The notes under the pieces are model-generated. The model did no database searches. It saw only the letters and a program-made list of their open reading frames with translations, and was not told the origin of the DNA. Position numbers and translations under genes: made by a program. Shown here piece by piece: positions 24,541 through 33,413 of a DNA stretch of 43,260 bases. Numbering within the stretch: the first letter of the stretch is position 1; each line of letters opens with the position of its first letter. Source of the DNA: Pilimelia sp. (GTDB lineage Bacteria > Actinomycetota > Actinomycetes > Mycobacteriales > Micromonosporaceae); the NCBI GenBank assembly GCA_035553735.1, contig DATMJT010000312.1, positions 1-43,260 of the forward strand, read 5' to 3'.

Positions 24541-26127
24541 ATGGATGCGAGTCCGGCGGTTTCCCGCGGCCGTGGGGTACAGGCCAAGGTGCTCTACGCG
24601 TTGACGCTGGTGGCGGCGGCGGCGGTCCTGGTCGGCGGGGTGGCGATCAACCGGCTCGGCCACCTGAACAGCCAGCTGGAGCACCTCAGCCAGAAGAACG
24701 TGCAGAGCCTCTCCGACCTCAGCGAGATCCGGGGCTCCGTGGCTCTGATCAATCACTGGGTGATCCTGTGGAACGTCATGCCCGGCACCCGCGCCGACTC
24801 CCAGAGGGAGCTGATCAAGGCCGACGAGGCGCACGAGAAGGCGGTCGAGACGTACATCTCGCACGCCCAGAGCGAGGACGCCAAGGCCACCGCGGCCGAC
24901 TACCTCCGCCTGGCCCGGGCCTTCCGGGCAGCCCGGTCCGCCGACATGTGGGGCGAGCCGATCCCGCCGGACGCGCAGATGCCCGCGGGCATGGACATCA
25001 CCGGGGTCGTCGGCGGCATGGACGCCGGCGTGAAGAAGATGATCGAGATCGAGGCCCGCAACGCGGCCACCGTGGCCTCGGACGCCCGGAAGGCGTACGA
25101 CAACGCGGTCCTCACGGTGCTGCTGTCGCTGGGCCTCGCGCTGCTGATCGCGGTCTTCCTCGCCGTGCTGGTGGCCCGCCGGATCACCCGGCCGCTGGCC
25201 CGGGTCACCAGGGCCCTGGCCGCGGTGGCCGACGGTGACCTCACCCAGCAGGTGGAGGTCACCAGCCGGGACGAGATCGGGGTCATGGCGCACGCCATGA
25301 ACCGGGCCGCCGCCAGCGTGCGTCAGGCGATCGCGGACCTGGCCGTCAGCGCCGAGGCGCTGCGCGCCAGCGCGTCCTCGCTGAAGGGGTCCAGCGACGA
25401 CATCGTGCGCAGCTCCGAGCGGGCCAACGAGCAGGTCACCGTGGTGGCCACCGCGGCCGAGGAGGTCTCCCGCAGCGTCCAGGTGGTGGCCGCGGGCTCC
25501 GGTGAGCTGGAGTCCTCGATCCGCGAGATCGCCCGCAGCGCCAACGAGGGCGCCGAAGTCGCCGGCCAGGCCGTCACCGTGGCCAGCGACACCACCGGCA
25601 TCGTGGCCAAGCTGGGCGAGTCGTCGAACGAGATCAGCACCGTGGTCAAGGTGATCACGTCGATCGCCGAGCAGACCAACCTGCTGGCCCTGAACGCGAC
25701 GATCGAGGCCGCCCGCGCCGGCGACGCCGGCAAGGGCTTCGCGGTGGTCGCCGGCGAGGTCAAGGACCTGGCCCAGGAGACGGCCAAGGCCACCGAGGAC
25801 ATCTCCCGCCGGGTGGAGGCGATCCAGGGCGACACCGAGCGCGCCGTGCACGCGATCACCCAGATCGGTCAGATCATCGGCCGGATCAACGACTACCAGG
25901 TGACCATCGCCAGCGCGGTGGAGGAGCAGAGCGCCACCACCAACGAGATGAACCGCAACGTGGCGCGGGCGGCCTCCGGCAGCGCCGAGATCGCGGTGAA
26001 CATCGGCGAGGTCGCGGGCATCGTCCGGGACACCACCGAGCACATGAACTCCAGCAGCCGGACCACGGCCGGCGTGGCCAAGCTGTCCACGGAGCTCAGC
26101 AGCATCGTCTCCCGGTTCCGGGTCTGA
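24541..26127 (+). CDS. Methyl-accepting chemotaxis protein (TM, sensor, TM, HAMP, signalling domain)
   Basis: Highly conserved hairpin [39 protein letters not shown] region [24 protein letters not shown]. Confidence 0.85.
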   Translation: MDASPAVSRGRGVQAKVLYALTLVAAAAVLVGGVAINRLGHLNSQLEHLSQKNVQSLSDLSEIRGSVALINHWVILWNVMPGTRADSQRELIKADEAHEKAVETYISHAQSEDAKATAADYLRLARAFRAARSADMWGEPIPPDAQMPAGMDITGVVGGMDAGVKKMIEIEARNAATVASDARKAYDNAVLTVLLSLGLALLIAVFLAVLVARRITRPLARVTRALAAVADGDLTQQVEVTSRDEIGVMAHAMNRAAASVRQAIADLAVSAEALRASASSLKGSSDDIVRSSERANEQVTVVATAAEEVSRSVQVVAAGSGELESSIREIARSANEGAEVAGQAVTVASDTTGIVAKLGESSNEISTVVKVITSIAEQTNLLALNATIEAARAGDAGKGFAVVAGEVKDLAQETAKATEDISRRVEAIQGDTERAVHAITQIGQIIGRINDYQVTIASAVEEQSATTNEMNRNVARAASGSAEIAVNIGEVAGIVRDTTEHMNSSSRTTAGVAKLSTELSSIVSRFRV

Positions 26128-26160
26128 CGGCGGCGGGCGGCTCGCGGGCCGCGGCGTAGG

Positions 26161-26189
26161 GACGGCCCGGGGCGCACCCCCGGGCCGTC
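26161..26189. terminator. 12-bp stem hairpin between convergent genes
   Basis: GACGGCCCGGGG-cgcac-CCCCGGGCCGTC. Confidence 0.5.
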
Positions 26190-26226
26190 CGGCGTTGCGG
26201 CCCAGGCGGACCGGCCCGTGCGGCGG

Positions 26227-26703
26227 CTACTGGGCGGTGCCCAGCCCGGTGCCGGTCAGCTGTCGGGCGACGAGGAACAGCGCGTAGCCGACCAGGATCA
26301 CCAGGATGCCCAGGCCCGCCGCCATGGCGGCCACGCCGAACGCGACGACCGAGGTGAACAGCGAGGCGCGCAGGAACGAGCCGTTCATGACGGTCGCCCG
26401 CCGAGGGTCCTCCCGGGGCAGCTCGGCGTAGGTCTTGCCGCCGCTGGCCTCCAGCGCGTGCTTCTCGATGACCGCGGCCTGCTCGAACGCCGTCAGCGGG
26501 CCGTCCACCGGTTCGCCGGCGTAGCGCTCTGCGTCCTCGGCCACCGTGACCCGCTCGTCCGCGAGCTCGCTCTGCACGGCCAACCAGGTCGCGGCCCCGG
26601 CCACCACCATGATCCCGCCGGCCACCATCAGTAGCACCGACAGCAGGCGGACGATGCGCCCGGCCGAGGTGGCGCGGCCGACGTCCGTGGGGGCTGTGTT
26701 CAC
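26227..26703 (-). CDS. Small two-TM membrane protein, function unknown
   Basis: 158 aa. Hydrophobic segments LLSVLLMVAGGIMVVAGAATWLAV and SLFTSVVAFGVAAMAAGLGILVILVGYALFLV. Good GC3 bias. Confidence 0.6.
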   Translation of the reverse strand: MNTAPTDVGRATSAGRIVRLLSVLLMVAGGIMVVAGAATWLAVQSELADERVTVAEDAERYAGEPVDGPLTAFEQAAVIEKHALEASGGKTYAELPREDPRRATVMNGSFLRASLFTSVVAFGVAAMAAGLGILVILVGYALFLVARQLTGTGLGTAQ

Positions 26704-26996
26704 GGATACTCCTCACTCGGTCTCTGATCAACCAGTCAGTGCACCTGGGCGACATGCCCCTTGCGCGGTTGTCGTCTCCTGAGCAGTATTCCGATCTTGG
26801 GGGTGCCGTGTCCCCGAAACGCGCTCTTGATCTCGCCGCCGGGTTGGTCGCGCCTGCCGCTCCCACGGAGGCCGCCGCACCGTATATCATTGCCGCGCGA
26901 CAAATACCCTCCGGTGGGGTCTCGCTCGCCCATCCGTGGCGGCAGTCCCGGACGGGTCAGTGCGATGGGCGGCGGGTCGACGTGCAGGAGGGCGGG

Positions 26997-27527
26997 TCAG
27001 GCAACCTCGTGGTTGGCGGTGTCGGTGTCGCCGGCTCTGCGACTGAACTCCTGGAGGCCGATCAGCAGGGCGCGGCGCCCTTCCGCACTCATCGCGGCGA
27101 AGACCCGGCACAGCTCGCGGTGCCGACGCTCGCGCAACTGCTGGATCAGGCGCTCGCCCTCCATGGTGGTGGTCAGTTCCACCTCCCGGCGGTCCGCGGC
27201 GTTGGTGCGCCGGTGCAGCAGACCCGCCGCCACCAGGCGGTCGCACAGCCGGCTCGCCGACGACGGAATGGCCCCGAGCTCCTCGGCGAGCTGACTCAGG
27301 TTGATCTTTCCGTGTCGGTCGATGATGCGCAGCGCCCGGAGCTGGGAGACGGACACCCGGCTGAGGACGGCCTCCTCGGCACGGCCGAAAGCGTTGACCA
27401 GCGCCTGGCTCGCACTGTCCACCGCCACGATCATCGCCGGATCGACGTTCCCCATGCCGGACAGTGTCGCCTCCCCTCTGCGGCCGCCGCGGACGGTCGA
27501 CGGGCGGACCCCCGGGGTGGTCGCCAC
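26997..27527 (-). CDS. MarR family transcriptional regulator
   Basis: wHTH INLSQLAEELGAIPSSASRLCDRLVAAGLLHRRTNAADRREVEL. Alternative start ATG 27455. Confidence 0.8.
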   Translation of the reverse strand: MATTPGVRPSTVRGGRRGEATLSGMGNVDPAMIVAVDSASQALVNAFGRAEEAVLSRVSVSQLRALRIIDRHGKINLSQLAEELGAIPSSASRLCDRLVAAGLLHRRTNAADRREVELTTTMEGERLIQQLRERRHRELCRVFAAMSAEGRRALLIGLQEFSRRAGDTDTANHEVA

Positions 27528-27594
27528 GTGGGCCCCATTATGGTCCGGCGGGCCACCGCCCGCCGGCTGAAACTGTACGACGAGGAGATAGCCG

Positions 27595-28896
27595 GTGACA
27601 TCGGTCAGCCGCTACGCTCGCGCCCTGCGCGCCATGTTCGCCGCCCCGGCGTACGGCGTCGTCGAGGCGCTGGCCACCGCCCTACGCGCCGAGTACGGGG
27701 TGACGGGTTGCGAACTGCTGCTCGTTGACTACTGCCTGACCCGGCTGCAACCGGTGCTGCGGCCGGACCCGGCCGTTCCGATCACCGGCACGCTGGAGGG
27801 ACGGGCGTTCATCGACCAGCAGGTGGTGGCGGACGAGGCCGCCCGCGGGCGGCGGCTGGTCGTCCCGGTCACCGCCCGGGGAGACCGGCTGGGCGTCCTC
27901 GTACTCCGGTGGGACCGGGGCGCGGCCGAGGCGGACGCCGTGCCGAACCCGCACGCGCCAACGGAGCCGGACGGCGCGCCCCACCCGGGCGGCGCACCAG
28001 ATCCGGACGGCGCGCCCCACCCGGACGGCGCGCCCGATCTGGAAGGTGCGCCCGATCTGGACGGTGCGCCCGACACCGCGACCGAGGTCGAGCTCGTCGA
28101 CCTGGCCGTGGCGCTCGCGCACGACCTGCGCGCCGCGGACCGGGCCACCGACCGCTACCGGCTGGCCCGCCGGAGCAAGCGGCTGACCCTGGCCGCCGAA
28201 CTCCAGTGGGACCTGCTGCCCGGCCGCGCCGTGCAGCGCCCCGAGTTCGAGCTGGCCGGACAGCTGGAGCCGGCGTACTCGGTCAAGGGGGACAACTTCG
28301 ACTGGAGCAGTGACGCGGACCAGCTCACCGTCACCGTGACCGACGGCCATGGCGACGGCGTGGAGGCGGCGCTGCTGACGGCGCTGGCGGTGACGGCGAT
28401 GCGCAACGCCCGGCTCACCGGCGGGTCCCTGGCCGACCAGGCGTGCCTGGCGGACCAGGCGGTCTACGCCCACCACCGGGGTCGGCAGCACGTCTCGACG
28501 CTGCTGCTGCGGGTGGACCTGGCCACCGCCAAGGTGGCCCTGGTGGACGCCGGCTCACCGATGCTGCTGCTCCTGCGCGGCGGTGAGGTGCGCCGGGTGC
28601 CGCTGGAGGCGCAGCTTCCGTTGGGCATGTTCGAATCCACCGTGTACGTGGAGCAGCAGCTCGCCCTGGTGCCCGGTGACCGGTTGGTGGTGCTCAGCGA
28701 CGGCGTGCACGACGCCCGCCACGGCACCGACCGCTACAGCGAGCAGGGCCGGCTGCACCGGACGATCACGGCCACCCGGCTGCTGCCGCCGACCGAGGCG
28801 GTGCGCGCCGTTCTGGCCGACCACGCGGTGTTCCGGCGCAGCGAGCCGCTCACCGACGACGCCGCCGTCGTCTGTCTCGACTGGCGCGGCCGCTGA
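27595..28896 (+). CDS. PP2C/SpoIIE-family serine phosphatase with an N-terminal GAF-like sensor region
   Basis: GDNFDW...VTVTDGHGDGVEAALL and GDRLVVLSDGV motifs. GAGGAG RBS before GTG 27595. Divergent from the MarR gene. Confidence 0.8.
   Translation: MTSVSRYARALRAMFAAPAYGVVEALATALRAEYGVTGCELLLVDYCLTRLQPVLRPDPAVPITGTLEGRAFIDQQVVADEAARGRRLVVPVTARGDRLGVLVLRWDRGAAEADAVPNPHAPTEPDGAPHPGGAPDPDGAPHPDGAPDLEGAPDLDGAPDTATEVELVDLAVALAHDLRAADRATDRYRLARRSKRLTLAAELQWDLLPGRAVQRPEFELAGQLEPAYSVKGDNFDWSSDADQLTVTVTDGHGDGVEAALLTALAVTAMRNARLTGGSLADQACLADQAVYAHHRGRQHVSTLLLRVDLATAKVALVDAGSPMLLLLRGGEVRRVPLEAQLPLGMFESTVYVEQQLALVPGDRLVVLSDGVHDARHGTDRYSEQGRLHRTITATRLLPPTEAVRAVLADHAVFRRSEPLTDDAAVVCLDWRGR
27970..28077 (+). 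repeat. In-frame 18-bp tandem repeat x6 (hexapeptide DGAPxP-type) inside the PP2C gene
   Basis: Units read at 27970, 27988, 28006, 28024, 28042 and 28060. They encode DGAPHPGGAPDPDGAPHPDGAPDLEGAPDLDGAPDT. Confidence 0.85.
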
Positions 28897-28958
28897 CCGC
28901 GACCGGACCGCCCGCGGCCCGGCGCCGCTCCGCCGACCCCGGCGCGGGCCGCGCCGCC

Positions 28959-30149
28959 TCAGAAGTAGTCGAGCAGGGCCGGGGGCGGACCGGCCGTCGC
29001 CGCCTGGAGGAAGTCGTCGGCCTCCTCGTCGCCGCCGCTCAGCAGGCCCGCCCGCCGCAGCAGCGCCGGGGACGCGGCGCCGGCGTACCAACTGGCGAAC
29101 CCGCGCGCCGACAGGCGCACCGCGGCCGGTCCGCCCGGCTCCAGTCGGCCCTGCCCGCCGGAGAGCACGAACTGGTGCGGACCGGCGTTCCACGGGCACT
29201 GCTCGTCCTCCAGGTGCAGGCCCACGCGGCCGTGCAGGTGCCGGGGCCAGCCGCGGGCGGCCACCGCGGCGGCGGCGTCGACCGCCCGCAGCATCCACGG
29301 CTGGCGGGTCTCCACCCGGGCGTCCACCGTGGAGGCCGTGACCAGGACCGGGTCGGGGTCGGGCAGTTGGAGCACCACGGTGGGCGCCACGCTCGCCCAG
29401 CTGCCGAGCATCCACAGCAGCGCCTCGACGGCCGCCGGCGTCAACGTGACCAGGTCGTCCACGGTCACCCGGCCACCGGCGTCGTACCCGGGACCGCGCT
29501 GCCAGGCGGCGAAGCCGACCACGGCGCCGGCGTCGTCCTCGGCCACGGTGACGCCGTGGTACTCGTCCAAAAACTCCTGGGCCGGCGTGTCGAACAGCGG
29601 GCCGGACCGCTCCATCATGCCGGTGCCGGTCCGGGCCACCGCCCGGTACGCCGCGCGCAGGGCCGGCACGTCCTCCACGGCCGCCGGCCGCAGCCGGACG
29701 CCCCCGACGGGGCGGACCCGGGCCAGCGAGGCGGTGGGCAGCGCCGTGCCGGTCAGCGTCCCGACCTCGGTCCAGCCGAGGCGCCGATAGGGGAAGGGCG
29801 TGGTCGGAAAGAGACTGCTGAGCGCCGCTCCGCGCGCCCGCGCCTCGGCGAGCAGCCGGGTCAGCAGCCGCCGGCCCAGGCCCGTGCCGCGCAGTTCCGG
29901 GGCCACCGCGACCCCCGCCACCCCGGCGGTGGGCACGACCCGGCCGCCGAACCACTGGCCCTGCTCCCGGTCCACCGCCTTGGCCAGCAGCCGCCCGGCC
30001 GCGTCGAAGGCGCCCCAGCAGCGGCGCCCCGGCCCGGTGGCGTTCCACTGCGCCGGGCGCGGCGTCTCGCGGTAGCCGAAGGCCGTCGCACCCAGCTCCC
30101 ATGCGGCGGCACTGTCGTCGGGGGTCAGCGCGCGGATCTCGTACGACAT
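28959..30149 (-). CDS. eis: Eis-like GNAT N-acetyltransferase (GNAT plus SCP2-like C-terminal domain)
   Basis: 396 aa from MSYEIRALTPDD. GNAT motif VAVAPELRGTGLGRRLLTRLL. About 400-aa length and a C-terminal Phe (..LLDYF), as in Eis enzymes. The longer 566-aa ORF upstream is Arg/Pro-rich junk. Confidence 0.7.
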   Translation of the reverse strand: MSYEIRALTPDDSAAAWELGATAFGYRETPRPAQWNATGPGRRCWGAFDAAGRLLAKAVDREQGQWFGGRVVPTAGVAGVAVAPELRGTGLGRRLLTRLLAEARARGAALSSLFPTTPFPYRRLGWTEVGTLTGTALPTASLARVRPVGGVRLRPAAVEDVPALRAAYRAVARTGTGMMERSGPLFDTPAQEFLDEYHGVTVAEDDAGAVVGFAAWQRGPGYDAGGRVTVDDLVTLTPAAVEALLWMLGSWASVAPTVVLQLPDPDPVLVTASTVDARVETRQPWMLRAVDAAAAVAARGWPRHLHGRVGLHLEDEQCPWNAGPHQFVLSGGQGRLEPGGPAAVRLSARGFASWYAGAASPALLRRAGLLSGGDEEADDFLQAATAGPPPALLDYF

Positions 30150-30223
30150 CCCGCCATGCTGCCACCCCGCCCGCCGGGCGCCACCGGAATTCCGGGGCGT
30201 CGGCGGCCCGGCGCCCGCCGCGG

Positions 30224-31111
30224 TCAGCCGGCCGGCAGGTCGTCGGGGCCGGTCCAGCAGTAGAGCAGGATCGCCACCGAGGTGGCCAGGTTGAGGCTGG
30301 ACACCCCCGGACGCATGGGGATGCGGACGGTGAGGTCGGCGCCCGCCCGCAGCTGCGCGCTCAGTCCGTGCCGTTCGGTGCCGAAGGCGAGCACCGCCCG
30401 GCGCGGCAGCGCGTCCGGCGCGATCCGCTCGCCGGCCGGGTCGAGCGCCACCAGCGGCCGGCGCGACCCGGGGTCGGCGGCCTGCGGTGCGGGGTCGGCG
30501 GCCTGCGGTGCGGGGTCGGCGAGCCGCGGCCCGGCGTCGGCGCCCCGAGGCCCGGTGCGGCTGCGCGTGCCGGCCGGCGGGTGGGCGAGGTGCGCCACGG
30601 GGACGGCGAAGTGCAGGCCCGCGGAGCCCCGCAGCGCGGCCGGATCCCAGGGGTCGCACCGGCCACTGGTCAGTACACCGGCGGCGCCGGCGGCGGCCGC
30701 CACCCTGATCACCGCGCCGACGTTGCCCAGGTGGCGCGGGTCTTCCAGGAACACCACCGGTCGCGCCGCGGGGTCGGCCAGGATCGCGGCCGGATCGCGG
30801 ACCGGCCGGTCCGCGATGGCCATCGTCCCGGTGTGCGGCGCCGCCCGCGCCAGCTGGCGGAACACGTCAACGGGGACCGGCTCGGCGAGCCGGCGGAACG
30901 CCCCGCACAGGTCCGGGGCGAGCGTGGCGGCCAGTTGCTCCAACGCCCCGGGGTCGACGGCCACCAGCCGGCGGGGCCGCGCGCCGAACCGCAGCGCGTG
31001 CTTGACCGCGTGGAAGCCCTCCAGCACCGCCAGGGCCGGGTTCTGGCGTGCCGCCGCGAACTCCTCGACCAGCGCCGTCACGTCGCGGGCCCCTCCCGTC
31101 GCCACCACCAC
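30224..31111 (-). CDS. TrmH/SpoU family RNA 2'-O-methyltransferase
   Basis: GNVGAVIR, AFGTERHGLS and SLNLATSVAILLY motifs. Carries an inserted low-complexity loop. Confidence 0.8.
   Translation of the reverse strand: MVVATGGARDVTALVEEFAAARQNPALAVLEGFHAVKHALRFGARPRRLVAVDPGALEQLAATLAPDLCGAFRRLAEPVPVDVFRQLARAAPHTGTMAIADRPVRDPAAILADPAARPVVFLEDPRHLGNVGAVIRVAAAAGAAGVLTSGRCDPWDPAALRGSAGLHFAVPVAHLAHPPAGTRSRTGPRGADAGPRLADPAPQAADPAPQAADPGSRRPLVALDPAGERIAPDALPRRAVLAFGTERHGLSAQLRAGADLTVRIPMRPGVSSLNLATSVAILLYCWTGPDDLPAG
30470..30521 (-). repeat. In-frame 21-bp tandem repeat (about 2.5 copies) inside the TrmH gene
   Basis: GGGGTCGGCGGCCTGCGGTGC at 30470-30490 and 30491-30511, with a partial third copy. 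Encodes ADPAPQA ADPAPQA ADPG. Confidence 0.85.
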
Positions 31112-31190
31112 CCGGCCGGACGCGCGGGCGGCCGCGGCCCGGCGTCCGTGCTGATCGTCGCACGCGCCGGCCCGCGGCCGCCCGAGGTGG

Positions 31191-32996
31191 TCAGGACTTG
31201 GTGATCTTCACGTCGTCCACGGCTGCCTCCACCAGGCTGGCGGTGCTGCCGTCGGCCGCCTGCACCAGGATGCGGACGGACTGGCCCGCGTACCCGGTGA
31301 GGTTGATGCTGCTGCTGCCCCACACCGCGTTGCGGTTGGTGGCGGCGCCGACCTGGTTGAGCACCTGGGTGGTGCCGCCGCTGTGCACGATGCTCACCCG
31401 GAAGTAGTCCGCCGAGGACGAGTTGTTGGCGTGCGCGAAGTACCAGGACAGGGACAGCGTCAGGGTGCCCGACGCGGGCAGCGTGATGGCGGGCGAGCGG
31501 ATGCTCGTCACGCCGGCGTCGACGTCGTAGTCACCCGGGTTGGCACCGGCCAGCCGGCCGGTGACCAGGTCGTTGGTGCCGCTCACGGTGGTGCCCAGCT
31601 GCTTGGGTCCGCCGTGGTTGGTGTCCTCCGGGTCGCCCCGCTCCCACCGTCCGGCCGCCGCGGCGGTGTCCGTCCCGTTCGGGTTCACGGTCCAGCCCGT
31701 CGCAGTCTCGAAGGTGTCCGAGTACACCGTCACCGGCGTCGAGCCCGTGCCCGGGTCGGCGTACAGCAGCCGGTTCGGCGAGCCGGTGCCCGGGTTCACG
31801 ACCACGCCGGTGGTGGCGACGGCGAGCAGCGCGGCCTTCGAGTTGGCCAGGGTGGCGGTCGGCACCTTCTCCAGGTGCCGGGCCACCCAGCCGGTCACGT
31901 GCGGCGCCGCCATCGAGGTGCCCGACCAGCCCGCCGCGACGGCGGTGTCCGACGCGATGCCGGCCGAGGTGATGTTGACCCCCGGCGCGAAGATGTCCAC
32001 GCAGGTGCCGAAGTTGGAGAACGACGCCCGGGTGTCGGTGTCGTCGGTGGCGGCGACCGTGATGCCGCGGGCCGAGCGCGGGTTGTTGGCGCAGGCGTCG
32101 GAGCTGAAGTTGCCCGCGATGAACACCGTCTGCACGCCGCTGTCGATCAGTGCCTCGGTGGCCGTACCGGTCGCGGTGCCGTAGCCCTGGAGGCTGAAGT
32201 TCGCCACCGAGCGGGGCGGGTGGTTGCCGACCAGCCACTCCATGCCCGCGATCAGGTGCGACTCCCAGCCGCTGTTGTCGCACTGGAGCACCCGGATGGC
32301 CCGCAGGGCGACCCCCTTCGCCACCCCGTACGCCGCTCCGCCGACCGTGCCGGCCACGTGCGTGCCGTGCCCGTGGCAGTCGTTGGTGCCGTTGCCGTCC
32401 CCGACGGCGTCGTAGACGCCCTGCGCCCGGCCGCCGAAGTCGGTGTGCGTCGCGCGGATCCCGGAGTCGAAGATGTAGGCGGTGACGCCGGCACCGGTCG
32501 AGTCGTAGCCGTAGCTGTTGTTGAGCGGACGGTTCCGCTGGTCGATGCGGTCCAAGCCCCACGACGGCGGGTTGGGCTGCACCGTGGTCGCGGCCGTCGC
32601 GGCCGGCGCGGCACCGCCACCCCGGATGATCGAGTCACGCTGCACGTAGGCGACGGCCGGGTCCGACCGCACGGCGGCCAGTGCCGCGGCCGGCAGGGTG
32701 GCGGCGAATCCGTTGAGGACGCGGGAGTAGCGTTGGCGCACCAGGCCGCCGTGGCGCTGCGCGAGGCCCTGCACCGATGGGCCGCGGTCGGCGTACGTGG
32801 TCTCCGTGCGCAGCACGACGATGTACCGGTCCGCGACGGTCTCGGGCCCGGCCGGTGCCAGCGGTGCCGGCGTGGTCCGGGCGGGTTGGCGGTCCGGGGC
32901 GGCGGCCGCGGGCGAGGCGACGGCCGCGCCGAGGCCACCGGTCACCACGGCGGTGACGGTCGCCAGAGCGAGTGCGGTTCGACGAGACGATGGCAA
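31191..32996 (-). CDS. Secreted S8 (subtilisin/proteinase K-like) serine peptidase with an I9 propeptide and a C-terminal jelly-roll-like domain
   Basis: Catalytic triad motifs AYIFDSGI, HGHGTHVAGTVGG and SGTSMAAPHVTG. Signal peptide MPSSRRTALALATVTAVV. Confidence 0.85.
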   Translation of the reverse strand: MPSSRRTALALATVTAVVTGGLGAAVASPAAAAPDRQPARTTPAPLAPAGPETVADRYIVVLRTETTYADRGPSVQGLAQRHGGLVRQRYSRVLNGFAATLPAAALAAVRSDPAVAYVQRDSIIRGGGAAPAATAATTVQPNPPSWGLDRIDQRNRPLNNSYGYDSTGAGVTAYIFDSGIRATHTDFGGRAQGVYDAVGDGNGTNDCHGHGTHVAGTVGGAAYGVAKGVALRAIRVLQCDNSGWESHLIAGMEWLVGNHPPRSVANFSLQGYGTATGTATEALIDSGVQTVFIAGNFSSDACANNPRSARGITVAATDDTDTRASFSNFGTCVDIFAPGVNITSAGIASDTAVAAGWSGTSMAAPHVTGWVARHLEKVPTATLANSKAALLAVATTGVVVNPGTGSPNRLLYADPGTGSTPVTVYSDTFETATGWTVNPNGTDTAAAAGRWERGDPEDTNHGGPKQLGTTVSGTNDLVTGRLAGANPGDYDVDAGVTSIRSPAITLPASGTLTLSLSWYFAHANNSSSADYFRVSIVHSGGTTQVLNQVGAATNRNAVWGSSSINLTGYAGQSVRILVQAADGSTASLVEAAVDDVKITKS

Positions 32997-33349
32997 GATC
33001 TAGCCCTCCCCAGAGGTGGGAAGGTCGACAGTGGACGCAGCATCGAGCGCGCGTCTGTGCGCGGCGGTCGCCACCGCCGACGCTCCCCGTGATCAGTTCA
33101 TCGAGCACCGCAACGGTGCCACGGCGGCCGTACCGGCGGGACTCGGATGATCGGCCCGCGTAGCCGGCCGGTCCGCGGTGAGGGCCCACCGTCCGGAGGG
33201 GACGTCGCAGCGTGGGCGGCGGGCACCGCGGTGTCCCGGGCCGGCGGTGTGGCGTACACCGCTTCGGCCGTGCGGTGGTCGGGTCCGCATGGGACGGTCG
33301 TGGACCACGGCCCGGCGGACCGCGCGGGACGAGCGGTGGCCGGCACCGC

Positions 33350-33413
33350 GCGTGCCAGGCTCGGCGCGTGCCAGGCTCGGCGCGTGCCAGGCTCGGCCGG
33401 CGCCGGGCTCGGC
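33350..33413. repeat. Intergenic 16-bp tandem repeat (GCGTGCCAGGCTCGGC x3 perfect plus one degenerate copy) abutting the Hsp70-like stop codon
   Basis: Perfect units at 33350-33365, 33366-33381 and 33382-33397. Degenerate unit at 33398-33413. Confidence 0.85.

Noticed and set aside
26704-26996. ydaO/cyclic-di-AMP-type riboswitch in the leader of the two-TM protein gene.
   Set aside because: Only loose matches (AGAGCG..GGGGAC, CGGAAU..CUGCUCAGG) to the consensus as I remember it. The ACGGGGUGAAUCC and CAGCUAACC elements are missing.
28959-30659. 566-aa version of the Eis-like ORF, and the 347-aa (CPBP), 830-aa (Hsp70) and 584-aa (MCP) maximal ORFs.
   Set aside because: The N-terminal extensions are Arg/Pro-rich with no homology-like pattern. 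Internal ATG or GTG starts coincide with the expected domain or signal-peptide starts, so I used shorter coordinates.
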